Part shown: positions 54,130 through 64,000 of the stretch, one piece after another
Layout: each line of letters begins with the position of its first letter
Position numbering within the stretch: position 1 is the first letter of the stretch
Notes under the pieces: model-generated
The model's database searches: none
Told to the model about the DNA's origin: nothing
The model's input: only the letters and a program-made list of their open reading frames with translations
Program-made: the position numbers and the translations under genes
DNA from: Dictyostelium discoideum
Lineage: Eukaryota
Length of the DNA stretch: 64,000 bases
Reading direction: 5' to 3'
Assembly (NCBI GenBank): GCA_000004695.1
Contig: CM000153.2
Span: 128,001-192,000 of the forward strand

Positions 54130-56025
54130 TTAATTATTACTAATTTCTAAATTTTTTAAATCTGGATCTTGTTCTAAACCAAATGATAAATCTTCTAAAG
54201 GTAAATTTAATTTAATTTGATGATCCCAATTTATTGGTTTATCATCTTGAATGATTATAAATTTACAACCTAATAAATTACCAGCTAATTGAAATAATTG
54301 AGTTGGATTTGGACATGAAACATTGATTTTCTTTGTAATGATACGCATTCTAGTTGAAATTGTACCATATTTAACCTCTGGAACATTTGAAAATTGATTC
54401 TCTCTACAAATACATAATAGAAATAATTTTTCATAAAATGATAATTGATTTAATTTCTTTAAAAGTGGTGATGAGAATTGTTCAAAAACCTCCTCAATAT
54501 GATCTGCAGTGATCGGGCCTGGTATTGGTAATTTTTGACTACCACTCAATGATTTATTATTATTACTATTATTAAAAATTAATAATTTCTTTTGATATTC
54601 TTGATTTGCAATTGTTGCTGCCTTTCTACAAATTTCCAACGCCCTTCTAGCATCACCACAAACCGCAGCGACCCTTTTCGAACAAATTTGAATTGACTCC
54701 TCATCAAATGCATCTAAATCCTGTAACCTGTATTTAATGATAGTTTCCAACTGTTCGATATTGTATGGTGTGAATGGAACTTTCTGCAAGCCCATTCTAC
54801 TCTTTACACGTGGTAAAAGTGTGTCTGGTAAATTCATTGTGTTTGCAATTGCAATAATGATTAATTTCGAATTTGGTTTATTAGGCCACTCGAATAAGTT
54901 ATAAATTACCGTTTGTTTCTTTGTTATTAAACTATCGAATTCGTCCACTAGAATCACTCTAAATTGTTTTTTCTTATTCTTTAACTCGAAATTCCTTTGA
55001 ATTAATCTCAATGCATCCTGACTCGATATTTTCTTTGGTTCTAATGATTTTCTAGTTTTTTGCATTTTATTATACAGAATATGGTAAAGTTGATGTGGGT
55101 CTGATAATTGCATACCATTGATCTCTATGAATTGAAAATTCAAACCACCACCACCACCTTGTTGTTTTTTTTTAGCTTGTAACTCTTTGATGATCTCTTT
55201 TACAGTCGCGGTTTTACCAGTACCTGGCATACCTGCAATATAAAGACAGCCACCAGACTCATTTGCTTTTAATTTCGCTCTAATAAATGATGCAATAGTT
55301 GCTTTCTCTTTCTCTCTACCTGGTAATTTATCTGGTACTGCTGATAAATGTAATGCTTCTTTTGCTTTTGTATATATATTATCATTTGCATAATCATTAT
55401 CATTATCATTATCATTATCAAGATTTTGATGTTCAATTTGAAGTATTTCCACTTTATCTTGTGCATTTTCATCATCATCATCATCATCATCACCATCATC
55501 ATCATCTTCATAAAATTCATCATATTGATCTAAATTAAATTTGCCTTCTTCATCTTCTTCTTCTTCTTCTTCATATTCCTCTTCTTCTTCTTCTTCTTCA
55601 CTTTCAGATCCATTTACTGTAGATTTAAAACCTTCATCAAGATCTGTAGTATTTTTAGTATGGTTATTAAAATCTTCACTATTATCACTTTCATCTTTAA
55701 TTTTATGATTTTCATCTTCATCTTCATCTTCATAATCGTCATCATCTGTATCTTCATAATAAGTACTATTGTTATTATTTTCATCATTACTATCTTTAAA
55801 TGATGCTTTATGTTTATTTATTTTCTCATTTTCTGGATCTGAAAATCCTATTTTTTCATTATCACTACTTTCTTCATCTGTTGAATTAGGTTGCATTACT
55901 ATATCTCTATTATTATGATTATTATTATTTTTATTATTATTATTTGTATTATTATTTAATTTCAAAGATTTTTTATATTTTTTAATTGGAGGATATGAAA
56001 TTGATGAAGAAGATTCGTCGGTCAT
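54130..56025 (-). CDS. orcA: Origin recognition complex subunit 1 (ORC1/Cdc6-family AAA+ ATPase with a winged helix). The N-terminus is acidic low-complexity, and no BAH domain was detected. The alternative start is 56082.
   Basis: LHLSAVPDKLPGREKEKATIASFIRAKLKANESGGCLYIAGMPGTGKTATVKEI...FQFIEINGMQLSDPHQLYHILYNKM...FRVILVDEFDSL...TVIYNLFEWPNKPNSKLIIIAIANTMNLPDTLLPRVKSRMGLQKVPFTPYNIEQLETIIKYRL...AAVCGDARRALEICRKA tracks human ORC1 (FQYIEVNGMKLTEPHQVY...[64 protein letters not shown]...ALSGDARRCLDICRRA) more closely than CDC6. Walker A, Walker B and sensor 2 are intact. Confidence 0.75.
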   Translation of the reverse strand: MTDESSSSISYPPIKKYKKSLKLNNNTNNNNKNNNNHNNRDIVMQPNSTDEESSDNEKIGFSDPENEKINKHKASFKDSNDENNNNSTYYEDTDDDDYEDEDEDENHKIKDESDNSEDFNNHTKNTTDLDEGFKSTVNGSESEEEEEEEEYEEEEEEDEEGKFNLDQYDEFYEDDDDGDDDDDDDENAQDKVEILQIEHQNLDNDNDNDNDYANDNIYTKAKEALHLSAVPDKLPGREKEKATIASFIRAKLKANESGGCLYIAGMPGTGKTATVKEIIKELQAKKKQQGGGGGLNFQFIEINGMQLSDPHQLYHILYNKMQKTRKSLEPKKISSQDALRLIQRNFELKNKKKQFRVILVDEFDSLITKKQTVIYNLFEWPNKPNSKLIIIAIANTMNLPDTLLPRVKSRMGLQKVPFTPYNIEQLETIIKYRLQDLDAFDEESIQICSKRVAAVCGDARRALEICRKAATIANQEYQKKLLIFNNSNNNKSLSGSQKLPIPGPITADHIEEVFEQFSSPLLKKLNQLSFYEKLFLLCICRENQFSNVPEVKYGTISTRMRIITKKINVSCPNPTQLFQLAGNLLGCKFIIIQDDKPINWDHQIKLNLPLEDLSFGLEQDPDLKNLEISNN

Positions 56026-56226
56026 TTTAATTGGCGAGGTAAAAAAAAAAAAAAAATTAAAAAAAAAAAAATTTGCGCGCAATTTAAATTAATTATTATT
56101 ATTACTATAAATAATTGTATTATTCATATTATTTGTATATTTTGTATATTTATAACACACACACACCCACACCCATGAAATGAAAAAATAAAAACGAAAT
56201 TGAAAATTATTTTTTTTTTTTTTTTA

Positions 56227-56262
<36 letters not shown>

Positions 56263-56490
56263 AAAAAAACTAAAATATATTTATTGAATTAAATGATTTA
56301 TATATGTATATAATTGGTTGATTATGAGAAAGAAAGTGAAAGGAAGAATTTCTTGTAATATTTTTGTAATTTATGATTATTTTTTTTTTATTATTATTTG
56401 TTATTTATTATTAGTTGTTTTCTTTTTTATTTTTTTTTTATTTTTTTTTATTTTTTTTTTTTTTGAATCATTTCTAATAATATATTTTAA

Positions 56491-57655
56491 TTAATTACTA
56501 CCACTTGCAGCATCAGAAGCAGTACTACTTGTTGAATTTGAAACTGGAGCTAATGTTTGTGTTGATTTAAATTCCCAAATCTCTTTATCATCATTATATT
56601 TAAAGTAAGCTCTTTCTTTCTTTTCTTCCTCTTTGGTAATTTGTAATCTCTTTCTTTGTTCATCTTCAATTTCTTTTTTAATTTGATCTGCTGCTTGCAT
56701 ATCACCTGCAACAATTTGTTTTGTAACTTCTTTCCAAGTACTATTTAAATATATATTAAATAAAGTTAATAATAAATCTTTTGAAAAATATATTATATAT
56801 ATATGTTTATAATTTACCCTAATGAAGTAATTGGATCAGTTTGTTTTGGATATAAAGTTGAATTTGGTTCTAATTGTTTAGTATCCATTAAAATGGTATC
56901 AGATGGACTACATGTATGTTTTGAATGTTTTGCTTTCTTCTTTTCTTTCTTCTTTTCTTTTTTACTTGCAGAAGATGCTGGTGCAGCTTCAGATGATTTT
57001 GATTCTAAATAATCGATATTGACAACATCACTAATATATCCCTTTAAAGATGCTCTATGCTCTTCAACTTCTAATTCTGTATTATAAACTGAAACTTCAC
57101 CTTTAACATATTCCTAAAAATAATAAAAAATAAAGAATAAACATATATGTGTGTGTGTGTTTATGTGTATATGTGTTAATAATAATAATAATTTCAATTA
57201 TTCCCTCTCTCTCTCTCTCTCTCTTTTTTTAAATAAATTATTATTATTAATTATTTAAAGTTAATAATTTACATTCTTATCGAAATGAACAGTTGCAGAA
57301 GTTTTTGAATCTTCACACATTATATCAACAGAATCAGTCCAATAAATTGATCTAGTACCAAAAATTACATTCTTTACCAAAGCATCTGGTAAACCTTTAT
57401 CAATGATATATGTTTCTTTAATGATTTGATTACCAACTTTAACTGGAATACAAATTTTAACTGCACCAGTTGTAACAACTGATACTGAGTTCATATGGAA
57501 TTTAGCTGAAAATTGTACATTACACTGTTTAATTATTAATTTATTAATTAATTATTAATTTATTTTCATTAATTATTATTGTTGTTGAATAAATTTAAAA
57601 AAAAAAATAAAATAAAATAAAAAATAATGTTAATTTTAATCCCAATAAAAATAAT

Positions 57656-57749
<94 letters not shown>

Positions 57750-57949
57750 TAAAAATAGATAATTACATCTAAAGTAATTCCTTCTGAAGTAGTAATATTG
57801 AATGCTGTTAATGGTGGATGATGTGTAACTTGTTCACCTATAAATTGTGCAGTAGATGTTGATTGACCATCATATGATGGATATTTGACAAAACATTTAT
57901 GAACTTCTCCTAATAATGCATTATATGGTTTTTTTTGGAACTAAATTTG

Positions 57950-57981
<32 letters not shown>

Positions 57982-58125
57982 TTTGATTTGATTTGATTTG
58001 ATTTGATATTTGCAGAAATAAATTTATTTTTTATTTTTTTTTATTTTTTAATTTTGAAATTATAATAATCATCATTTATTATAACAATGGAAAAAAAAAA
58101 TTATTAGGTTATAATATTAGTTTTG

Positions 58126-58157
<32 letters not shown>

Positions 58158-58159
58158 CT

Positions 58160-58218
<59 letters not shown>

Positions 58219-58660
58219 CAAGGAGGTGTATTTTTATTTTTATTTTTATTTTTATTTTTATTTTTATTTTTATTTTTCTTTTAAAAATAAAAATAAAAAA
58301 AATGTGTCAAATTATTTATCTTAATATAATAATAACTTACATTTCCATCTCTAACACAAGAAAAAAAGTATTGAATAATAATTGCCATTCTTTTTAATGG
58401 ATCTTCTTCGTGTTGGGCTGAAATTAAAAGGTGTATATATTTAAGATGTCTTGATGCTGCTAACTCTAAAATTGAATATGGCATTAAAAAAATTGATGGC
58501 ATACTAACTCTGTAAGTTTTTTTATTAAAAAAAAAAATAAAAATAAAAAATTTAATTTAGTTTTGTCATTAGTAGGATGTAAATATAGTATATTATATTA
58601 TATTAAAGTTATATTATTTTATGGTCAATTAAAAAAAGAAAGAGAAAATATAATAATGAT

Positions 58661-58721
<61 letters not shown>

Positions 58722-58870
58722 TAAAATTTTTAACTAACTTACTTTGTCAACTCTTGACCAATTGATAATTGAGAAATAAAACTTTTTACAACACCAAAGA
58801 TTGAAATTTCACGAGTTTCCCATTCACCATGTTGGTCTGCATAAGAAACTAAGCTCGGATCGGCCTCCAT
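56491..58870 (-). CDS. Oxysterol-binding protein (short ORP, osb family, ~422 aa). Exons are join(56491..56740,56818..57113,57273..57524,57767..57940,58341..58509,58743..58870).
   Basis: The fourth exon encodes FQKKPYNALLGEVHKCFVKYPSYDGQSTSTAQFIGEQVTHHPPLTAFNITTSEGITLD, which contains the OSBP fingerprint EQV(S/T)HHPP. The flanking exons encode the rest of the ORD, ending ...TWKEVTKQIVAGDMQAADQIKKEIEDEQRKRL.... All six exons are joined by GTAAGT, GTAATT or GTAAAT donors and polypyrimidine-AG acceptors, with consistent phases 2, 0, 0, 0 and 2. Two introns carry (TAA)n tracts of 60-90 bp. Confidence 0.75.
57658..57746. repeat. (TAA)n microsatellite of about 30 units in an OSBP intron. A second, 57-bp (TAA)n run lies in the next intron at 58662..58718.
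   Basis: Perfect taataataa run. Confidence 0.9.
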
Positions 58871-58919
58871 TTATATATATATTTTATTTATTTAATCGAT
58901 TATTTACACGCGAGTGTGT

Positions 58920-58959
<40 letters not shown>

Positions 58960-59217
58960 GCTGTGTTCACCTAAAAAAAAAAAATTTGCTTCGGTTGGAA
59001 AAAAAAAAAAAATTTTGTTAATTTTTAAAATTATTTTATTTTTATTTTTTATTTATTTATTTTTTATTTTTTATTTTTTTTTTTTTTTTTTAATTTTTGC
59101 AATGTTGCGCATCACATCATGATGTGGGAAATTGAAAAAAATTTAGAAAATAAGAAAAATAAAAAAAAAAATAATAGTAAAGATATCTTTTATTTGTTTA
59201 ATTGAAATTATAATAAA

Positions 59218-59250
<33 letters not shown>

Positions 59251-60330
59251 TTTGGTAATTTGTTACACTATAGAATTATAGATACATACATATATATATA
59301 GTATATTACAACTTTAATTATTATTTAATTATTTAATTATTTATTTTTTTATTTTTTTATAGCTATAAATAAAATAAAATTTTTATAAAAATGGATGTAT
59401 AATGTATTGGAAATGAAAAAAAAAATAAAATAAAAAAAAAAAAATAAAAAAATTTATAATTTAAAATAAAAATTAAAAAAATTTTTTTCTATGATATTAT
59501 AATTTAATATTAAATTAAAAATTTTTTTTTTTTTTTTTTTATTTTCTAATTTGTGGTTTGGAATTAATAAAAACGATAACCCACACACACAAAAAAATAA
59601 AATAAAATAAAATAAAATAAAATAAAATAAAAAAAATAAAAAAAATCTTGTGTGTTGTTGCAATAAAGTAAGTGTGTGTGTGTTATTTTTATTTTTTCTT
59701 ATTTTTATTTTTATTTTTTTTTTAATTTTTCTTTTACATAAGATATTTTAATAATCATTATTACTTTTATAGTTTTTATTTTTTTTATTTATTTTTTATT
59801 TATTTTTTATTTTTTTAAATATTATTTGTTTATCTTAAATAATTCATCGCGATGGGTGGATTATCAATTTTCTTTTTTTTTTTTTTTTTTTTTCTGATTT
59901 CTTTTTTTTTTTCTTTTTATAAAAATTTGTGATATAATTAATTACCTTTATCGACTTTATAATTGTTTTTAAAAAATATCTTTTTTTTTTTTTTTTTTCA
60001 ATATCCTACATTTTAATTAAAATAAAAAAAAAGATATTTTTTTATTTTTATATTTTTATATTTTATTTTTAATTTTTTTTTTTTTTGGATATTTTTTTTT
60101 TTATTTTTATATTTTATTTTTTGGAATTAATTAAAAAAAAAAAAAAAAAAAAATAAAAAACTAAAAAAATATTATTTTATGGTATTTAGATTTAAAAAAA
60201 ATAAAAAATAAAAAATAAAAAATAAAAAATAAAGATTTAAATTCTATTAATAAACTTTTTTAATTTTTTAATTTTTTTTTTTTTTTTTTTTTAATTTTTT
60301 TTTTTCCACATACAATAATTAATTTTTATT

Positions 60331-61103
60331 TTAATTTGAGGAGGCAGCTTTTAAATAAGGAGAGGATGCAATGGTATACTCTTTTAAAAATAAGGTTGAA
60401 GAATTCTTTTCTAAATATTCCAAAACTATTTCAAAGGCATCTTTTAATTGAGTAATTGTTTTCTCTTCTAAATTTGATATTACTAATAATTGTGGTAATT
60501 TAACTAATATATATATAATATAATGGTATTTTCAAAAATATTGAAAATTGACATAAAATTGAATTTTTGTGTTAATTATTTTTTTATTTTTTTTTATTTT
60601 TTTTTATTTTTTTAATTTTTTTATCATTTTAAAACACATACCAAATAATCTTAACAAATGTTCAGCACCATAAATATCAGACATTGATTTCTTTGGATTA
60701 GTTTTTAAAATTGAATCATATTGGGGTCTTTCAAATTTGTACAATAACAAGGTGCCCAAAGCCTTATTAAAATATTGTTTTATACCATTAATTACTTCTT
60801 TACATTCTGATGATTTATCATTCTCTTCAATAATTTTATTTAATATATCTTTAACATTTGGTGATTTTGGTAATGACAATATCTTCAAAAAATTTATAAA
60901 TAATTAAAATTTGTTATTAATTATTTAAATTATAATAATAAATTGTAATAATAATACATACAGATTTTTCATTATTTATCGAATTCCAATCATCAACTAA
61001 TTTATTTTTTAAAGATAATGGAATTTCAATATCAATAAATTTTGTAGATTGAAAATGAGAAGATTTCGAATCATTTCTTTTTCTTTTATTATTATTATTA
61101 TTA

Positions 61104-61138
<35 letters not shown>

Positions 61139-62020
61139 GTTATTGTTGTTGTTATTATTGTTGTTGCTCTTTGAAGATGAGGATGAGGAGGAAGAACCTG
61201 TAGATCTTGGTGAAGTATTATTATCGTCTGCTTCTTCACCACCTGTATCATTATTATTATTATTTTCTTGATCTTCTATATCTTCACCACCTTCATCTGC
61301 ATCTTCACCACCTCCATCTTCTAATTCACTCTCATTTTCATCTTCATCAGAGTTTTCTGAATCATAAGCTATAGGTTGTTGTTGTTGTTGTTGTTGTTTA
61401 ACTTCTTTAGCTTTTTTTGTATTTTTTTTATTGTTTAATGATGTTGTTGATGCTTTAATATTGGTTCTTTTTTGTAATTCTCTATTTTTATCTGTATATT
61501 TTAATATTTTATTTGGTTCTATCCATTCATTCCATCTTTTATTTTATTTATTTATTTTTTTTTTTTTAAAAAAAAAAAGGAATATGTTAATAATTAAAAA
61601 AATAAAAATAATAAATATTAGATAAAAAAAAAAAAAACCAAATAAAACTTAATTAATTAAATTGATATAATTGTTTTTTTTTTTTTTTTTTTTTTTTCAA
61701 ATAAGTTTTTTATATATTATCCTTACTTTTCTTTCCAACCTAAGTAATGAATAAAATATAATGGTTTCTTTTTATCAGATTTACTTGTTTTTGGATCAAC
61801 TTTAATAATCTTTTTTTTTTTCCAATAAATCATTATTTTTTTTTTTTTTTAAAAAAAATATATTTTTAGGATATACAAATAATAATAATTGATATAATTA
61901 TATAAAAACAAATTGACAATGATAAATATTCAAATAAAATAGATTACATACCTTGGCTTCATATATTCTATTTTGATGATGTACTAATACCTTTTCATTC
62001 TCTTCATATGTTTCATCCAT
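60331..62020 (-). CDS. MRG15/Eaf3-family chromatin protein with a chromo-barrel and an MRG domain. Exons are approximately join(60331..60503,60642..60882,60961..61535,61727..61809,61952..62020).
   Basis: Exons 1-3 encode MDETYEENEKVLVHHQNRIYEAK|IIKVDPKTSKSDKKKPLYFIHYLGWKEK|WNEWIEPNKILKY. Compare human MRG15 RVLCFHGPLLYEAKCVKV...KYFIHYSGWNKNWDEWVPESRVLKY. Exon 3 continues through acidic, poly-Ser and poly-Asn low complexity. Exons 4-5 encode the MRG domain ...LPKSPNVKDILNKIIEEN...LGTLLLYKFERPQYDSI...YGAEHLLRLF|VKLPQLLVISNLEEKTITQLKDAFEIVLEYLEKNSSTLF... (MRG15: GAPHLLRLFVRIGAMLAYTPLDEKSLALLLNYLHDFLKYLAKNSATLF). Around 61075-61085 my hand count of a T-run differs by 1 nt from what the track ORF 61009..61251 implies. 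The exon 3 coordinates are therefore ±1. Confidence 0.72.
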
Positions 62021-62200
62021 CATTCATAAATACACAAACACACACAATTAAATTAGCTATGAATTAAAATTATATATATAAATATTTATAAATTATATAT
62101 ATATATATTCGACAAACTTTTTTGTTTAATTTTTAAATATGATAAAAATTTTTTTTTTTCCCACACCCTAAAAAAAAAAAAAAAAAATTAATAAAATAAA

Positions 62201-62260
<60 letters not shown>

Positions 62261-62345
62261 AAATATCCGATGTTTTATTTTTAATAATTAACTGATGAAG
62301 TTATTTATTTGAATTTTACAATTATTATTTTATTATTATTATTTA

Positions 62346-62881
62346 TTAATTTGAAACAGTTGTTGTTGTTGTTGTTGCTGCTGAAGTACTTTCTAATTTT
62401 AAAGTATTATTATTATCATTATTATTACTATTATTATTATTATCTTTTCCTCTTTTTAAATTAATTGATAATTTAACTTTTGCTAAACCACTATTTAAAT
62501 TCTTTAATAAATCACAAGCCATACAAATATCATTTGAACAAATATAACCACACTGAATACAATTTCTTTGAACTGGCATTTTATTTTCTTCTCTGAAATG
62601 AAAGTTTTCAGCGGAATGAATGATATCGATAATGATTGAGGGTCTGACTGCTTCTAAATCCTTTAAGAAATCTCTTGCATGTCCTCTGTATGCATTTGGT
62701 GCATAAATACACTCTGTTGAAAAATAATCTAATTTCTTAAAATATGCATACATTACAATCTCTTTTTGATATGTATATTTAAATGGTTTACTTCTTGGTA
62801 ATGCTCCTTCACTACCTGTTATAATATTTACACATCTTTGTAATCTTGGTATATCACCACGTAATACTTTTTTTTTTAAAA

Positions 62882-62917
<36 letters not shown>

Positions 62918-63610
62918 GATATTAATATTTATTTGATTATATGTTATACTACTACTACTACCACTACTACTTACAATTCATTAATACAGTTTCAGCTATA
63001 TCATCAGCGTTGTGACCAGTTACAATTTTATTTGCTTTTAACATTACAGCACCTCTATCAAGTGCTTGTCTTCTAAATACACCACAAAATGTACAATTAC
63101 CTTTTAATCCAATCTCTTTAACGATATCATCCATTGTCCAATTATATAATTCTTTATATGATAAAATCTTTAATGGAATTTGATATTGTTCTTGATTTCT
63201 TTTAACTGTCTATATATAATATAAATTATTATTAATTATTATTTTGTTATTTGTTATTTGTTATTTATTTATTTTTTACTTACTTCTAATGAATCATCTC
63301 TATAACCTGTAATACCTTCGTCGATTGATAAAAGGAATAAATCTAAACCATAATCATATTTTTTATTTAATAATGTCATAATTTCAGCTAAAACTGTGGA
63401 ATCTTTACCACCTGATGCACCAATTGCAACTCTATCACCTCTTTTAAATAAATTATTGGATATGATGGTATGATGAATTTCATCTTCAAATACTGTGTAG
63501 AAACATTCTTTACAAATCATTTCCCCAGTTTTTGGTCTTTTTAAAACTGGTCTTGATACATTACAAACTTCACATAATTTTGATTTCTTTTTTGTTGCTG
63601 TATTTTCCAT
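62346..63610 (-). CDS. ctu1: Cytoplasmic tRNA 2-thiolation protein 1 (CTU1/Ncs6, PP-loop ATPase, ~360 aa). Exons are join(62346..62866,62975..63209,63284..63610).
   Basis: [109 protein letters not shown] has the N-terminal Zn-finger, the SGGKDS PP-loop and the DEGI..YRDDSLE motif of Ctu1. Exon 2 has ...[32 protein letters not shown] (human ...[32 protein letters not shown]). Exon 3 has [12 protein letters not shown]... and the C-terminal Cys cluster ([19 protein letters not shown]). The donors are both GTAAGT, with phases 0 and 1. Confidence 0.85.
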
Positions 63611-64000
63611 TTTATTTATTTATTTGTTTGTTTTTTGGGAAATTAAAAATAAACAAAAAAAAAAAAAAAAAAAACGAATAATTTTTTTTAAAAAATTTTT
63701 CTTTTTTTTTTTATTTTGTTTTTTTAATTTTTTATTTTTTATTTTTTATTTTTTATTTTTTATTTTGGGAAAGAGTTAGTAAATTGTAATAATATATTTA
63801 ATTTTATAGAATTTTGAATACTTATTTTTATTATTACTTATTATAATAATAAAATTTTTTAAAATTTTTTTTTTTTTTTTATCTGATAAAAAGTTTTAAT
63901 TATCACTCATTTTTTTTATTTATCTAATTAATAGATAGACCCACTATTGCCAAGAAATTGTGTTAACATACAATAATCAAGAAATAAAAATGTTGATAAA

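Overview
This 64 kb window is eukaryotic nuclear DNA, not prokaryotic, and every sign points to Dictyostelium discoideum or a close relative. It is roughly 75-80% A+T overall, and the intergenic and intron DNA is almost pure A/T homopolymer and microsatellite. Coding regions show up as islands of higher GC and carry long CAA (poly-Gln) and AAT (poly-Asn) codon runs. Genes are interrupted by short, AT-rich GT...AG introns of about 70-360 bp. Several gene families found here are characteristic of Dictyostelium: a dhk-type hybrid histidine kinase, an AgtA-like GT77-WD40 fusion, Tgr-like IPT/TIG genes, a GPI-anchored Cu/Zn SOD and TPP1 sedolisins. The six-frame track was built with bacterial rules: Met-to-stop ORFs with GTG and TTG allowed as starts. 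As a result it truncates or splits most genes, and many of its ORFs are antisense or low-complexity artefacts. By splicing the track ORFs together by eye I can support about 27 protein-coding genes, packed at roughly one gene per 2.3 kb. In order they are: a hybrid histidine kinase; a monoamine-oxidase-like flavoprotein; snapin; IscU; an IMP1-like inner-membrane protease subunit; AgtA; a CUE-domain protein; MCM8; a small syntaxin-like SNARE; an approximately 2,180-aa helical protein of unknown function; Atg12; a coiled-coil membrane protein; two WD40 proteins; a GPI-anchored Cu/Zn SOD; HP1; a tandem array of Tgr-like IPT/TIG genes of which two copies are degenerate; a sedolisin (TPP1-like) peptidase; ORC1; an oxysterol-binding protein; MRG15/Eaf3; and CTU1/Ncs6. 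I found no rRNA, no tRNA, no CRISPR array, no recognisable transposon and no prokaryotic defence system. The regions worth a second look are listed under findings. All splice coordinates were derived by hand from the printed sequence. They are good to about ±1-3 nt in most genes and are explicitly uncertain where noted.
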